64,000 nucleotides of DNA. Origin: an uncultured Candidatus Saccharibacteria bacterium (lineage in GTDB: Bacteria > Patescibacteriota > Saccharimonadia > Saccharimonadales > CAIOMD01). This document shows positions 23,484 to 33,061 of the stretch, piece by piece. Position 1 is the first letter of the stretch. Every line of letters begins with the position of its first letter. Made by a program: the position numbers and the translations under genes. The DNA lies in assembly GCA_964566135.1 (NCBI GenBank), contig CAZMHM010000003.1, forward strand, positions 15,856-79,855, read 5' to 3'. The notes beneath the pieces are model-generated. The model was given only the letters and a program-made list of their open reading frames with translations, searched no databases and was not told the DNA's origin.

Positions 23484-24548
23484 ATGAGTACTAAAGTAAC
23501 TATGGACGAACTGCTTGCTGGAAGCGACTTAAAAGCGCTGAAATCAGGTGACGTTTTAGAGGCAACTATTACCTCTATTCGTAAGCACGAAATCTGGCTC
23601 GATCTTGGCCCATATGGCGTTGGTGTAGTAATGCGCCGCGAAATTGGCCACGGACAGGTACTTGAAGTTGGCCAAGCGGTCAGCGCAAGTGTCGTTGACC
23701 CAGAAATCGAAGACGGCTACGCACTATTAAGTTTGCGTAAAGCCGCAAAGGATCGCGGTTGGGATGAACTAAAGCGTTCTATGGACGACGGCGAGATTAT
23801 GGAAATCACTGCATACGATGCAAATCGTGGCGGCCTATTAATCGAACTAGAAGGTATCCGCGGATTCCTACCAGTAAGTCAATTAAGTGCAGACCACTAT
23901 CCACGTGTTTCTGGCGCTGATAAAGACGAAATCTTGCAAAAGCTAAACTCACTTATTGGCAAGCCAATTCGTGTTCGTTTGTTAGATGTAAGCCGCAAAG
24001 ATAACAAGCTTATCTTTAGCGAAAAAGAAGCAATCAAAGACGACATGCAAGCTCGCTTTAGCGAACTTAAGGTTGGTGACACTGTAGAAGGTGTCGTAAC
24101 TGGCGTAATCGACTTTGGTGCGTTCGTAAACGTTGATGGCATCGAAGGCCTTATTCACATCTCTGAAATTTCATGGGAACGTGTTGAAGATCCTCGTAAG
24201 TATGTTAAAAACGGCGACCGTATCGAAGCAAAGATTATCGCTATCGACAAAGATCGCCTAAGCCTTAGCCTTAAGCAAATGGGTGATGACCCATGGGTTA
24301 AGGATGTTGAGAATATTAAAAAAGGCCAAACTGTCGAAGGTACAATCACACGTATTACACCATTTGGTGCATTCGTGCAGCTTACCCCAGCAGTTGAAGC
24401 TTTGGTGCATGTATCAGAAATCGCCGATGGCGGTGATGATGCAGTAGATCCAGAAAAAATCTTTAAGCTCAATGAAAAGAAGCAGTTTAAAGTACTAGAC
24501 GTTAACAAAGACGCTCGCAAAATTGCGCTCAGTCTTAAGGACGCCTAA
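23484..24548 (+). CDS. rpsA: 30S ribosomal protein S1-like (four S1 domains)
   Basis: 354 aa with four repeats of the S1 OB-fold pattern (G.v..G.V..i...G.fV.l..gveGl.h.SE...). AAAGGAG RBS 7-8 nt upstream of the ATG. Confidence 0.9.
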   Translation: MSTKVTMDELLAGSDLKALKSGDVLEATITSIRKHEIWLDLGPYGVGVVMRREIGHGQVLEVGQAVSASVVDPEIEDGYALLSLRKAAKDRGWDELKRSMDDGEIMEITAYDANRGGLLIELEGIRGFLPVSQLSADHYPRVSGADKDEILQKLNSLIGKPIRVRLLDVSRKDNKLIFSEKEAIKDDMQARFSELKVGDTVEGVVTGVIDFGAFVNVDGIEGLIHISEISWERVEDPRKYVKNGDRIEAKIIAIDKDRLSLSLKQMGDDPWVKDVENIKKGQTVEGTITRITPFGAFVQLTPAVEALVHVSEIADGGDDAVDPEKIFKLNEKKQFKVLDVNKDARKIALSLKDA

Positions 24549-24558
24549 ACAAACACCC

Positions 24559-24592
24559 GTTTATCCGCCTGGGTTCGCCTGGGCGGATAAAC
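24559..24592 (+). other. 11-bp stem-loop between rpsA and infB (no U-tract)
   Basis: GTTTATCCGCC-tgggttcgcctg-GGCGGATAAAC. Possibly a processing, attenuation or stability element. Confidence 0.5.
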
Positions 24593-24620
24593 AGTTAAGT
24601 AAAGGAGACGGTTAACAGCC

Positions 24621-26390
24621 ATGGCACGAACGATTGAAATAGGCGACATGATTACGGTTGGCGCACTGGCTGACAAACTATCTCTACCTGCAACTAAGGT
24701 GATTGCTGAGCTGTTTAAGAACGGCATGATGGTTACTATCAACGAAAAGATTGATGTTGATACTGCCCAGATTATTGTTGATGAGCTTGGGCTTGAGGTT
24801 GAGCTTGTTGCAAAGCAGCATGTCGAAGACGATGTTGTTACCAAGCGCGAACGCGTTTATAGCGATAAAGCCGAGGTACGCCCACCTGTAGTAGCAGTGA
24901 TGGGTCACGTCGACCACGGCAAAACCAGCCTGCTTGATGTTATCCGCCAAGATGATGTTGCCGCGCACGAAGCCGGCGGTATTACGCAGCACATTAGTGC
25001 ATACCAAGTGACTCGCAATGACCGCCTCATTACATTTCTAGATACTCCTGGCCACGAGGCTTTTGCAGCTTTGCGCGAACACGGCGCGCACCTAACTGAT
25101 GTCGTAATTATTGTTGTCGCCGCCGATGACGGCATTAAGCCACAAACACTCGAGGCTATTCGGTTTGCTCGCAAAGCTGGTGCCCAAATGATTGTTGCCG
25201 TTACTAAAATCGACAAAGAGGGCGCTAACATTGATCGCGTTAAGCAACAGCTATCTGAACAGCAATTGATTGCAGAGGAATGGGGTGGTGACACCGTTAT
25301 CGTACCTGTTTCGTCTAAGACCAAAGAGGGCGTTGATAAGCTACTCGACATGGTGCTGCTAGTTGCCGATGTCGAAGAACTTAAGGCAGACGTAGAAGTA
25401 CCTGGCGAAGGTTTGATTATCGAATCACATATGGAACAAGGCCGTGGGCCAATTGCGGTTGCTCTCGTACAACAAGGTACGCTTAAGCAAGGCGATTTTG
25501 TTGTCGCTGGTAGTACCTATGCAAAGGTTCGTGTACTTGATGATAGCCGTGGCAAGGTTATCAAAAAAGCTGGTCCTTCAACTCCAATTATCATTACTGG
25601 CTTTAAGGCATTGCCGCAATTCGGCGATAAGTTTACGGTCGTTGCCAACGAAAAGGCCGCACGTGCACTATCTACCGACAACGCTAATGAATCTGCCGAA
25701 CACAATGGCCGCTTAGACATGAGCAGTGGTGAACTTATCCGTCTTATCAACCAAAAGACTGCCATGCAAGAGCTTAACGTAATTGTAAAAGCCGACGTGC
25801 AGGGCTCGTTAACCTCTGTAATTGACAGCCTAAAAACACTTGATACCGATGAGGTTTCAATCCGTGTGGTTGGCTCGGGCGTTGGTGCAATTACCGATAA
25901 CGATATTCGCATGGCTGCAACCAGCAAGGCTATTATTTATGGCTTCCAGGTTACGATGCCGGCTAATATCAAGCACATTGCAATGCGTGATAAGGTGCCT
26001 GTACGCCTATACCGCATTATTTACGAGCTACTTGATGATGCCAAGCAAGAACTAAGCGACATGCTTGCGCCAGAAGAAATTGTTACCAATGTTGGGCGCT
26101 TACTTGTCCGCGGTATCTTTAAAACCAGCAAAACAGAGAGCATCTGTGGTGGCGAAGTCACTAAGGGCAAACTTGTTATTCCTGCATTTGCTACCGTGTA
26201 TCGTGGTGACGATATCATTGCCGAAAACTTGGTAGTAACAAATCTCAAACATGGCCCAACCGACACAAAAGAAGTTCTAGAAGGCGAAATGTGCGGGATG
26301 AACCTTGCAACAACATCGCGCCTAGATCTCGAAGAAGGTGACCGTATCGAGTTCTTTACCCGAGAAATCCGCGAACGCAGCCTCTTTTAG
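24621..26390 (+). CDS. infB: Translation initiation factor IF-2 (short form)
   Basis: GTPase motifs GHVDHGKTS, DTPGH, TKID, then the C-terminal IF2 domains (VIVKADVQGSLTSV...); 589 aa. Confidence 0.95.
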   Translation: MARTIEIGDMITVGALADKLSLPATKVIAELFKNGMMVTINEKIDVDTAQIIVDELGLEVELVAKQHVEDDVVTKRERVYSDKAEVRPPVVAVMGHVDHGKTSLLDVIRQDDVAAHEAGGITQHISAYQVTRNDRLITFLDTPGHEAFAALREHGAHLTDVVIIVVAADDGIKPQTLEAIRFARKAGAQMIVAVTKIDKEGANIDRVKQQLSEQQLIAEEWGGDTVIVPVSSKTKEGVDKLLDMVLLVADVEELKADVEVPGEGLIIESHMEQGRGPIAVALVQQGTLKQGDFVVAGSTYAKVRVLDDSRGKVIKKAGPSTPIIITGFKALPQFGDKFTVVANEKAARALSTDNANESAEHNGRLDMSSGELIRLINQKTAMQELNVIVKADVQGSLTSVIDSLKTLDTDEVSIRVVGSGVGAITDNDIRMAATSKAIIYGFQVTMPANIKHIAMRDKVPVRLYRIIYELLDDAKQELSDMLAPEEIVTNVGRLLVRGIFKTSKTESICGGEVTKGKLVIPAFATVYRGDDIIAENLVVTNLKHGPTDTKEVLEGEMCGMNLATTSRLDLEEGDRIEFFTREIRERSLF

Positions 26391-26404
26391 ATAAAAGCCT
26401 ATAC

Positions 26405-26433
26405 TTGACAATTTTGCACGTTTGTGCTAGTAT
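26405..26433 (+). promoter_or_regulatory. Putative promoter of the 26478 gene
   Basis: TTGACA - 17 nt - TAGTAT. It overlaps the GTG start (26424) used by the ORF track, which argues for the downstream ATG at 26478. Confidence 0.65.
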
Positions 26434-26477
26434 TTGTTTATAAATTCAAAAACAAAAAACTAGCAGGATTTAACAAA

Positions 26478-28088
26478 ATGTCAGAAAAAGCACCCCGAAC
26501 TTTAGACGAACGCACCATTGCGGGCTATGAAGATATCCAAGCAATTGTCGAAGAAGATATAGAAGAGCAGCGTAAAGCTAAGCTATTGGCGCACTATAAT
26601 GGTGACGACAAAGAAGTTCGTAACGCACGTGATCGTGCTAATCGCCGTGTAAAAAAACTCGGCGAGATGGATGCATTACAATCACATCTTGAAGACCTAG
26701 AAACAAAAACAATTGATGAATTAGATTTTAAGACGAGCCTACAAGAAAACTACGACGAGCTGTCGCTGAGCGAACTGTCACTTGGTCTAGAAGCCGCAGA
26801 AGCCGCTCAATATGACTTTGAAAAGCAAGCTCTTGAAGCAGCAATTGCCGAAAAGATTACTAAACTATCATTGAACGAACTTACCGAATCTGCTCGCGAA
26901 GCCTACGAATCAGGTGATGATTATATGCAGGGTTTGCTTGAAGATAGGATTACCGAGAAACTTGCTGCGTATGCCGAAAAATATGGCTGGGACGAAGCTG
27001 CTCAGTCACAACATCTCGAACACGTTATCGAACAGGTATATAGCAAGTCCGAACAAGACCCAGAATCATTGTTTAAAGAGGGTGATGCAATTAATTGGAA
27101 TGGCAAGGACTTTACCGTTAAAGCGGTAGGTGTCAAGGCAGATGATGGTACTCGTGTAGTAGTTCTTTCTCCGGTTGATGGTTCAGAAGACGTCATAACT
27201 ACCGACCGAACATTATCTGAAGCTGCAGAGTCTGAAGACAATGCAAAGTTAGAAAACATGGATGGTTTTAGGCAGGACATTATGAATCTTGTGTTCGCAT
27301 CGGATACGATGACCGATGATGAAATTCGTGCAAGGGTTGATGAAATTCTTACTCAAAACAATATTTCAGCCGGATATTCAGGTGATCTATTCTTAGACGA
27401 GCTACCAATGTTACGAGAACGCTTAATAGGTAATACAGGCGACACCCCTCGTGTTGCTGATGAGCCAAAGGCCGAAGATGAGCCATTGCCGGCAGATATC
27501 CCACGCGTAGCGCCACAGACATTAGGTGAACGACTTCGTGACGCAGCAAATACTGCGGTAACTGCACCTGTGGTATGGGCTCAAGTTCGTGCAAATGATG
27601 CAGCAGCTCGACGTAACGAAGCGGGCCAGGACGGCAATAAACTTAGCCGTCGTCGACGCATAGGCCTTGCGATAGCAGGTGTTGCGTTCATAGCGGTTGG
27701 CGTTGGTGTTGCGGTAGCAGCTATGCGTAATGGTATGAGTGCTCCAAAGCCAGGTGGACTTAAAGACGGTTTAGATACGTTCTTAGATCCTAGCACTGCG
27801 CCAAAACCAAGTGCTAGTACTGCCGATACTGTTGGATCAACATTCTCTGTAGAAGCCCGACATATACGTAAGGGAGAAGGTTGGTATCAAACCTTCAAGG
27901 AACTTGGCGTAAAATCTAAAGACCGAGCAACATTACTAGCGAAGGTAGGCCCTAAATTGCAGCAAATGGGTATTGCATATAAAGACCCAAGTATTGGTGG
28001 CTACGGTATATCGCACAGTGGAACGATGCCTAAAAAAGCGCTCGTATACATTAATAGCGTTGCACGTGAACTTGGGATGGTAAAATAG
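26478..28088 (+). CDS. Hypothetical membrane protein: acidic coiled-coil N-terminus, one TM, conserved C-terminal domain
   Basis: Start moved to ATG 26478 (MSEKAPRTL; AGGA 9 nt upstream). TM segment IGLAIAGVAFIAVGVGVAVAAM. No recognisable catalytic motifs. Confidence 0.75.
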   Translation: MSEKAPRTLDERTIAGYEDIQAIVEEDIEEQRKAKLLAHYNGDDKEVRNARDRANRRVKKLGEMDALQSHLEDLETKTIDELDFKTSLQENYDELSLSELSLGLEAAEAAQYDFEKQALEAAIAEKITKLSLNELTESAREAYESGDDYMQGLLEDRITEKLAAYAEKYGWDEAAQSQHLEHVIEQVYSKSEQDPESLFKEGDAINWNGKDFTVKAVGVKADDGTRVVVLSPVDGSEDVITTDRTLSEAAESEDNAKLENMDGFRQDIMNLVFASDTMTDDEIRARVDEILTQNNISAGYSGDLFLDELPMLRERLIGNTGDTPRVADEPKAEDEPLPADIPRVAPQTLGERLRDAANTAVTAPVVWAQVRANDAAARRNEAGQDGNKLSRRRRIGLAIAGVAFIAVGVGVAVAAMRNGMSAPKPGGLKDGLDTFLDPSTAPKPSASTADTVGSTFSVEARHIRKGEGWYQTFKELGVKSKDRATLLAKVGPKLQQMGIAYKDPSIGGYGISHSGTMPKKALVYINSVARELGMVK

Positions 28089-28111
28089 ACTAGACTAACA
28101 AAAGGATTACT

Positions 28112-28444
28112 ATGTTTAAACTTGATGATAATTTCTTAGCAGAACTTGGCCTTGGGGCTTTACCAGCAGAAGAAAAAAAGAAGATGCTGGCACATATTTA
28201 CGAAACTCTTGAGCTACGTGTTGGTATGAAACTGGCCGAAAACATGAGCGATGCCCAATTAGACGAATTCGAGGCACTCATGGATAACGGTAACGAGGCA
28301 GGGGCACTGATGTGGCTTGAAACAAATGTGCCAAATTACAAAGATGTCGTTGCTGCCGAGCTCGAAGTATTAAAGTCAGAAATTAAACAAACAGCGCCAA
28401 TGATTTTGGCAGCTGCGCAAGAGCAAGAACAAGCTGCTGCGTAA
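28112..28444 (+). CDS. Small acidic helical hypothetical protein (110 aa)
   Basis: AAAGGA RBS. MFKLDDNFLAELGLGALPAEEKKKML...; no motif recognised. Confidence 0.7.
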   Translation: MFKLDDNFLAELGLGALPAEEKKKMLAHIYETLELRVGMKLAENMSDAQLDEFEALMDNGNEAGALMWLETNVPNYKDVVAAELEVLKSEIKQTAPMILAAAQEQEQAAA

Positions 28445-28449
28445 ACTGA

Positions 28450-29376
28450 TTAGCCTTGAGCAATACGAGCGCCATAGCCATTCAAAAAGGCTGCGGCGCT
28501 CATTTTTTGCTTGCCAAGTGGCATGAGTTCTATGATAGAAAGGCTACCCACGCGGGTGCCGAGCAACAGCTCTTTTGCGTCAGTAATCACCAACTCGCCG
28601 GGAGCTAACTGTTGCGACAGTACCTGTGCCTTTGTGATAATCACAGTTAACGAATCATTGATGACTAGCTTCGACTTTGGCCACTCGCTAAAGGCACGTA
28701 TTTCGCGCTCTAAGGCGCTTGCTGGCTTGAGGACGTCAATGTATCCATCCTGCTTGGTAAGCTTGCGAGAATAGCTTGCAATGCGCTCGTGCGTGTCTTG
28801 TGGCACGCCGACGGCAGCGCCGTCTATGTATAACGGCAGTATGGCGGCAAGCTGTGCATTGCTGGCATCAATCAACTTTTGGGTTAGTGATTCGCCGGTA
28901 TCATGAGAGCTAATTGCTACTGGGGTCTCGGCAATAATGGCGCCGGTATCAAGCCCTTCGTCGATTATCATGAGGCTGACACCGGTATCAGCTTGGCCAG
29001 ATAGTAGCGAGAAAGTAATAGGGTCTGCACCGCGCCATTCTGGCAATAAACTAAAGTGACTATTTACAATTCCAAGCGAAAAATAATCAATAACGTGCTG
29101 GCTAATAATAACGCCGTAATCTATCACGACGCCGCATGTGCTGGCTGGGTTAAGGGTATCAATTACCGTATCAAGTTCGTGTTTGCTGTCGGCGTATGCG
29201 AGCTGCAGGCCGTGTTTTTTAGCGAGCTCTTCGACTGGTGCAGGGTCTTTGTGATGTGTGGGCTTGTGCTTGGTTACGACAAGTTCAATAGTAAACTCAT
29301 TTAGTAAGCTTTCAAGGCTGGCGGCGGCAACAGGGCCGCTACCAAAGAATACGATTGTCTTTGATGTCTGCTTCAT
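28450..29376 (-). CDS. fmt: Methionyl-tRNA formyltransferase
   Basis: N-terminal IVFFGSGPVA, the HFSLLPEWRGADPI (SLLP..RG) formyltransferase motif, and a C-terminal tRNA-binding domain. Adjacent to def. Confidence 0.9.
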   Translation of the reverse strand: MKQTSKTIVFFGSGPVAAASLESLLNEFTIELVVTKHKPTHHKDPAPVEELAKKHGLQLAYADSKHELDTVIDTLNPASTCGVVIDYGVIISQHVIDYFSLGIVNSHFSLLPEWRGADPITFSLLSGQADTGVSLMIIDEGLDTGAIIAETPVAISSHDTGESLTQKLIDASNAQLAAILPLYIDGAAVGVPQDTHERIASYSRKLTKQDGYIDVLKPASALEREIRAFSEWPKSKLVINDSLTVIITKAQVLSQQLAPGELVITDAKELLLGTRVGSLSIIELMPLGKQKMSAAAFLNGYGARIAQG

Positions 29377-29920
29377 AGTCGAGTGGACTTAGGTGGCCAT
29401 CTTCGCCAAGGGTAAAGAATGCCTCTGGGTTATTTTTGATATGGTCGATAAACACGATACCATTTGTGTGGTCGATTTCGTGTTGAAAGACTCTGGCCAA
29501 AAATCCGTCAGCAGTAATGCGGAACTCGCGCCCATTAATGTCGGTTGCTTTGACCCGTACTTTTTCGTAGCGAGGGACCTTACCGTATATGTCAGTAATA
29601 CTTAAACAGCCTTCAAAATCTTCGACTATGTTGCCTTCGTATTTGGTGATAACTGGGTTAATAAATACGGTGAAATCACGGTTCTTTTTGTCGTCAAAAT
29701 CATCGCGGATGACTACTACGCGATACAGTTTATCAATTTGTACAGCAGCTAATGCAACGCCAACTTCATGTTCGCGACTGTCTTCCCAGTCAAGTGTCGC
29801 TGCCTCCATTGCTGCGACAAGTTCAAGAATCTCATCAGAAACTAACCCTACTTTACGCGAACGTTCACGTAAGTGATTGTTGGGCAGGGTAATAATATCG
29901 TTTCGAGTTGCCGTAGCCAT
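29339..29920 (-). CDS. def: Peptide deformylase
   Basis: All three PDF motifs are present: GVALAAVQI, FEGCLS, QHEIDHTNG. Its 3' end overlaps the fmt start by 38 nt. Confidence 0.93.
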   Translation of the reverse strand: MATATRNDIITLPNNHLRERSRKVGLVSDEILELVAAMEAATLDWEDSREHEVGVALAAVQIDKLYRVVVIRDDFDDKKNRDFTVFINPVITKYEGNIVEDFEGCLSITDIYGKVPRYEKVRVKATDINGREFRITADGFLARVFQHEIDHTNGIVFIDHIKNNPEAFFTLGEDGHLSPLDYEADIKDNRILW

Positions 29921-29949
29921 TCCGCCTAGTATAACAGAGGCGGGCTAGA

Positions 29950-31872
29950 CTACAAAAGACTTACTGGATCAATGTCTACGAGCCAGTCATTTGGCAGTAG
30001 TTTTGCTGCCTCGACAAGCTTAGAATGCTTATTGGATTTAACAATAACTTGCCAGGTATATAGGTCGTTTGATTTTTCGTAATAGCTAGGCGATGGCCCT
30101 AGTACCGATATGCCGCCAACGGTACTTAGTAGTGTCATTGCTTTATCAGCTGTTGCCTCGGCTGCTACGCTTGTCTTTTTGCTGACTTTAAAGACGGCTA
30201 TAAAGCAGTATGGTGGGTATGAAAATTGCTTGCGCTTGGATAGCTCGTACGTATAGTAATCTTCCCACGACCTCTGTAAAACAGCTTCCATAACTGGATG
30301 ATTTGGCAGTCGAGTTTGAACAAATGATTTGCTCAATTTGTGGCCTCTACCAACGCGCCCAGTAACCTGATATAGCTGCTGAAAGGTCGTTTCTTCGGCT
30401 CGAAAGTCGGGTAAATTAAGCCCCGTATCGGCATTGATAACACCAACAACGCTTAGGTTTGGCAGGTCAATTCCTTTACTAATAAGCTGGGTGCCAATCA
30501 CAATATCAACCTCACCATTTTTTAGTACATCGACATTTCGGTGCAGTTGTTCGGCTGCGAGCGAGTCAGCATCAAAGCGCATAATGCGTGCTTTTGGGAA
30601 CAGCTTTTGTGTTTGCTCAACGAGCGTTTTTGTACCAATACTTTTAAATGATAGTTCTGCCGATTTGCATATTGGACAGCTGGTTGGCGCAGCTTCTTTA
30701 TAGCCACATGTATGGCATCTAATGGTGTATTGATCGTGGTGATAGGTAAGCGGAATACCACAACGCGGGCACAATGCTTGCCAGCCGCAGCTTGCGCACT
30801 GCACTAAACGGGCACTACCGCGACGATTTAAAAACAGCATTGCTTGCTCTGATTTTGCTAATGCGTCTGCAATTGCATCCAGTAACTGATTTGAAAGGTA
30901 AGGATTTTTTGTAAAGTTTTCGCGGTTTGTAATATCTATGAGTTCGGTTGTAGATGTCAGTGTGCCAGCCGCAGGTGTTTTCATACGGAGAATCTCGTAG
31001 TTGTTTTGCACGGCAAGTTCGTAATCGTCTGTATTTGGTGTCGCGGTGCTCTGTATGAGTTCGGCATCGTGTAAGCCGGCAAGCCGAGCGGCAATGTGTG
31101 CGCTTTGATAGCGAGGCGACTGACCTTGTTTGTACGATGCGTCGTGGGCCTCGTCTATAACAATAAGCCCGAGGTTTTGGATAGGCAGAAACAGCGCCGA
31201 GCGTGGACCAACATATACATGAGGTTCAGGGCTATTTACGGCGTGTTCCCAAACCCTACGGCGTTCGACAGGTGTGAGTTCTGAATGAGTCAAAATAACA
31301 GGCGCCGTAACGTGGGTGGCAATTTCGGCAATGAGCTGTGGCGTTAACCCAATTTCTGGGGTAAGTACTAAAACTGATTTGCCCCGAGCCAGTGTTTGGT
31401 TCGCAACTTCAATAAATACACGAGTTTTACCCGTGCCAGTATCGCCGTGCAATAATGCACGCTTTGTTTTTGCATCTAATAGCTTTGCAAGTGCAACTTG
31501 TTGCTCTGGGTTAGTTGACGGCAACGGTTTATTACTTCCGGGTAGGCTTTTGGCTGTCTGCTTATTTGGCTTCGAGACAAAATTACTTGGTATAAAGAGC
31601 TGCGTAATCATGCCCCTATCGTCGGGATAAAACGTAAACATCCAAAGCATAAGCTGGAGGCTCTCGGCTGGTAGGGTAAAGGGTAAAATTTCGCTAATTG
31701 GTTTTGTTTTAAATGTTGGCTTTTTGACTATACCAACAACAACACCCATTGCCTTGGTGCGGCCGTAAGAAACACGCACAATCGTGCCAATCTCTACCGG
31801 CAACTCAGTTTCATAAGAGAAGAACTTATCGCCAGTATGTTGTTTAGCAATAGCAACTTCAACATAGGTCAT
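29950..31872 (-). CDS. priA: Primosomal protein N' (replication restart helicase)
   Basis: Walker A GDTGTGKT, DEAHD box, a Cys-rich zinc region CASCGWQALCPRCGIPLTYH...CHTCGY...CPICKS, and helicase C motifs; 640 aa. Confidence 0.93.
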   Translation of the reverse strand: MTYVEVAIAKQHTGDKFFSYETELPVEIGTIVRVSYGRTKAMGVVVGIVKKPTFKTKPISEILPFTLPAESLQLMLWMFTFYPDDRGMITQLFIPSNFVSKPNKQTAKSLPGSNKPLPSTNPEQQVALAKLLDAKTKRALLHGDTGTGKTRVFIEVANQTLARGKSVLVLTPEIGLTPQLIAEIATHVTAPVILTHSELTPVERRRVWEHAVNSPEPHVYVGPRSALFLPIQNLGLIVIDEAHDASYKQGQSPRYQSAHIAARLAGLHDAELIQSTATPNTDDYELAVQNNYEILRMKTPAAGTLTSTTELIDITNRENFTKNPYLSNQLLDAIADALAKSEQAMLFLNRRGSARLVQCASCGWQALCPRCGIPLTYHHDQYTIRCHTCGYKEAAPTSCPICKSAELSFKSIGTKTLVEQTQKLFPKARIMRFDADSLAAEQLHRNVDVLKNGEVDIVIGTQLISKGIDLPNLSVVGVINADTGLNLPDFRAEETTFQQLYQVTGRVGRGHKLSKSFVQTRLPNHPVMEAVLQRSWEDYYTYELSKRKQFSYPPYCFIAVFKVSKKTSVAAEATADKAMTLLSTVGGISVLGPSPSYYEKSNDLYTWQVIVKSNKHSKLVEAAKLLPNDWLVDIDPVSLL

Positions 31873-31906
31873 CCCCCAAACTATACGACAATTTTGCAGA
31901 AAATGG

Positions 31907-31935
31907 TTTACACTAGCCGGTACAGACGCTATAAT
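31907..31935 (+). promoter_or_regulatory. Putative promoter of the wHTH gene
   Basis: TTTACA - 17 nt - TATAAT, in the divergent priA/31967 intergenic region. Confidence 0.6.
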
Positions 31936-31966
31936 TAACGTTGTTTGAATAACAGCAGGTGGTTAC

Positions 31967-32275
31967 ATGTTAGATGTTTTTATTACTTCCAGGGTACGTC
32001 GCAAGATCATAGTCGTCTATGCTAAGTTTCCTGATTTCAAAACTCACGTTCGAGGCCTAGCAAAACTTATCAAAGAAGATGCTGGCAATATCCAACGTGA
32101 ACTTAAGCGGCTTGAAAAAGTAGGCTTTTTGACGAGCGAAAAACAAGGTAATACCAAGATTTATTCTACGAACAAGAGCTTCCCAATTTTTAAAGAACTA
32201 CAAGGGATTGTGCTTAAGAGCCAACGCGCAAACGCAAACTCACGCACCACAACAGGCCCAGTTCGCAAGCCATAA
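31967..32275 (+). CDS. Small winged-helix (ArsR/PadR-like) DNA-binding protein
   Basis: 102 aa. ...VRGLAKLIKEDAGNIQRELKRLEKVGFLTSEKQGNTKIYS fits an HTH plus wing pattern. AGGTGG RBS. Confidence 0.75.
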   Translation: MLDVFITSRVRRKIIVVYAKFPDFKTHVRGLAKLIKEDAGNIQRELKRLEKVGFLTSEKQGNTKIYSTNKSFPIFKELQGIVLKSQRANANSRTTTGPVRKP

Positions 32276-32299
32276 AGCAAACAACTTTTGAAATTTTTT

Positions 32300-32331
32300 G
32301 GACGTTTGGCATAAATCAAACGTCCTTTTTT
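32300..32331 (+). terminator. Rho-independent terminator
   Basis: GGACGTTTG-gcataaat-CAAACGTCC followed by TTTTTT. Confidence 0.8.
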
Positions 32332-32364
32332 ATTACAAACTTAGTAAAAACATATAGTTTACTC

Positions 32365-32393
32365 TTGTCAAAAAGGCTCAAGTACCGTAAAAT
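32365..32393 (+). promoter_or_regulatory. Putative promoter of rpsU (would give a leaderless or near-leaderless mRNA)
   Basis: TTGTCA - 17 nt - TAAAAT. The -10 ends 9 nt before the ATG at 32403 and no SD lies in between. Confidence 0.6.
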
Positions 32394-32402
32394 AACGCAA
32401 GT

Positions 32403-32618
32403 ATGATTCAAGTTACTCGTAAAGACGCCAAAGAGTCCACAGAGAGTCTTATTCGACGTTTTAGCCGCAAGGTCCAGCAATCTGGCGTGTTGGCCGAAGT
32501 CAAGCAGGTGCAATACTTTGAGAAACCTATTTCTAAGCGTGAACGCCGCCTTAAGGCAATTGTTCGCCGCGAACGAAAAGCAGTCAAAGCAAAACGCGCT
32601 AAGCTTGGTTTACGCTAA
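32403..32618 (+). CDS. rpsU: 30S ribosomal protein S21
   Basis: 71 aa, basic. ...ESLIRRFSRKVQQSGVLAEVKQVQYFEKPISKRERRLKA matches the S21 pattern (RRF.R....G......R..YEKPS..R). Confidence 0.88.
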   Translation: MIQVTRKDAKESTESLIRRFSRKVQQSGVLAEVKQVQYFEKPISKRERRLKAIVRRERKAVKAKRAKLGLR

Positions 32619-33058
32619 TGCAAGAGCGAATTAGTTCTGACATAAACGCAGCACTGAAGCGTGGCGATAAAGCCACTGCCGAGGCGCTGCGTTTAGTTAA
32701 GAGCGCACTAACCTATGCAAGAATAGCCGCCGGCCATGAGCTGAGCGATGACGAAGTTATTAAAGTTCTCCGAAAAGAAATTAAATCACGGGTTGAAGCT
32801 CGCGATTTATATGCTGCCAATGACCGAGCCGAACAAGCTGCAAAAGAAGAATTTGAACGAAGCGTATACGCAACATATGTTCCCGAGCAATTAAGTGAAA
32901 CAGATATTGATGCCATGGTTGCAGTAGCTGCGGCCGACCTTGGTGCCGATGCTACTTTTAGCCAATTGATGCCAGCAACTATGAAGCTTGCAGCCGGTAA
33001 GGCCGATGGCAAACTTGTCGCTGACAGGGTGAAAGCGTATTTAGAGGAGCGTAAGTAA
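32618..33058 (+). CDS. yqeY: GatB/YqeY-domain protein
   Basis: 146 aa. MQERISSDINAALKRGDKATAEALRLVKSAL... is typical YqeY helical repeat content. Its ATG overlaps the rpsU stop (TAATG). Confidence 0.85.
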   Translation: MQERISSDINAALKRGDKATAEALRLVKSALTYARIAAGHELSDDEVIKVLRKEIKSRVEARDLYAANDRAEQAAKEEFERSVYATYVPEQLSETDIDAMVAVAAADLGADATFSQLMPATMKLAAGKADGKLVADRVKAYLEERK

Positions 33059-33061
33059 GAC

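Noticed and set aside
26424-26477. The N-terminal extension (MLVFVYKFKNKKLAGFNK) given by the ORF track for the 26424-28088 gene.
   Set aside because: The GTG at 26424 lies inside the TTGACA-17-TAGTAT promoter. The ATG at 26478 has an AGGA 9 nt upstream and gives a sensible start.
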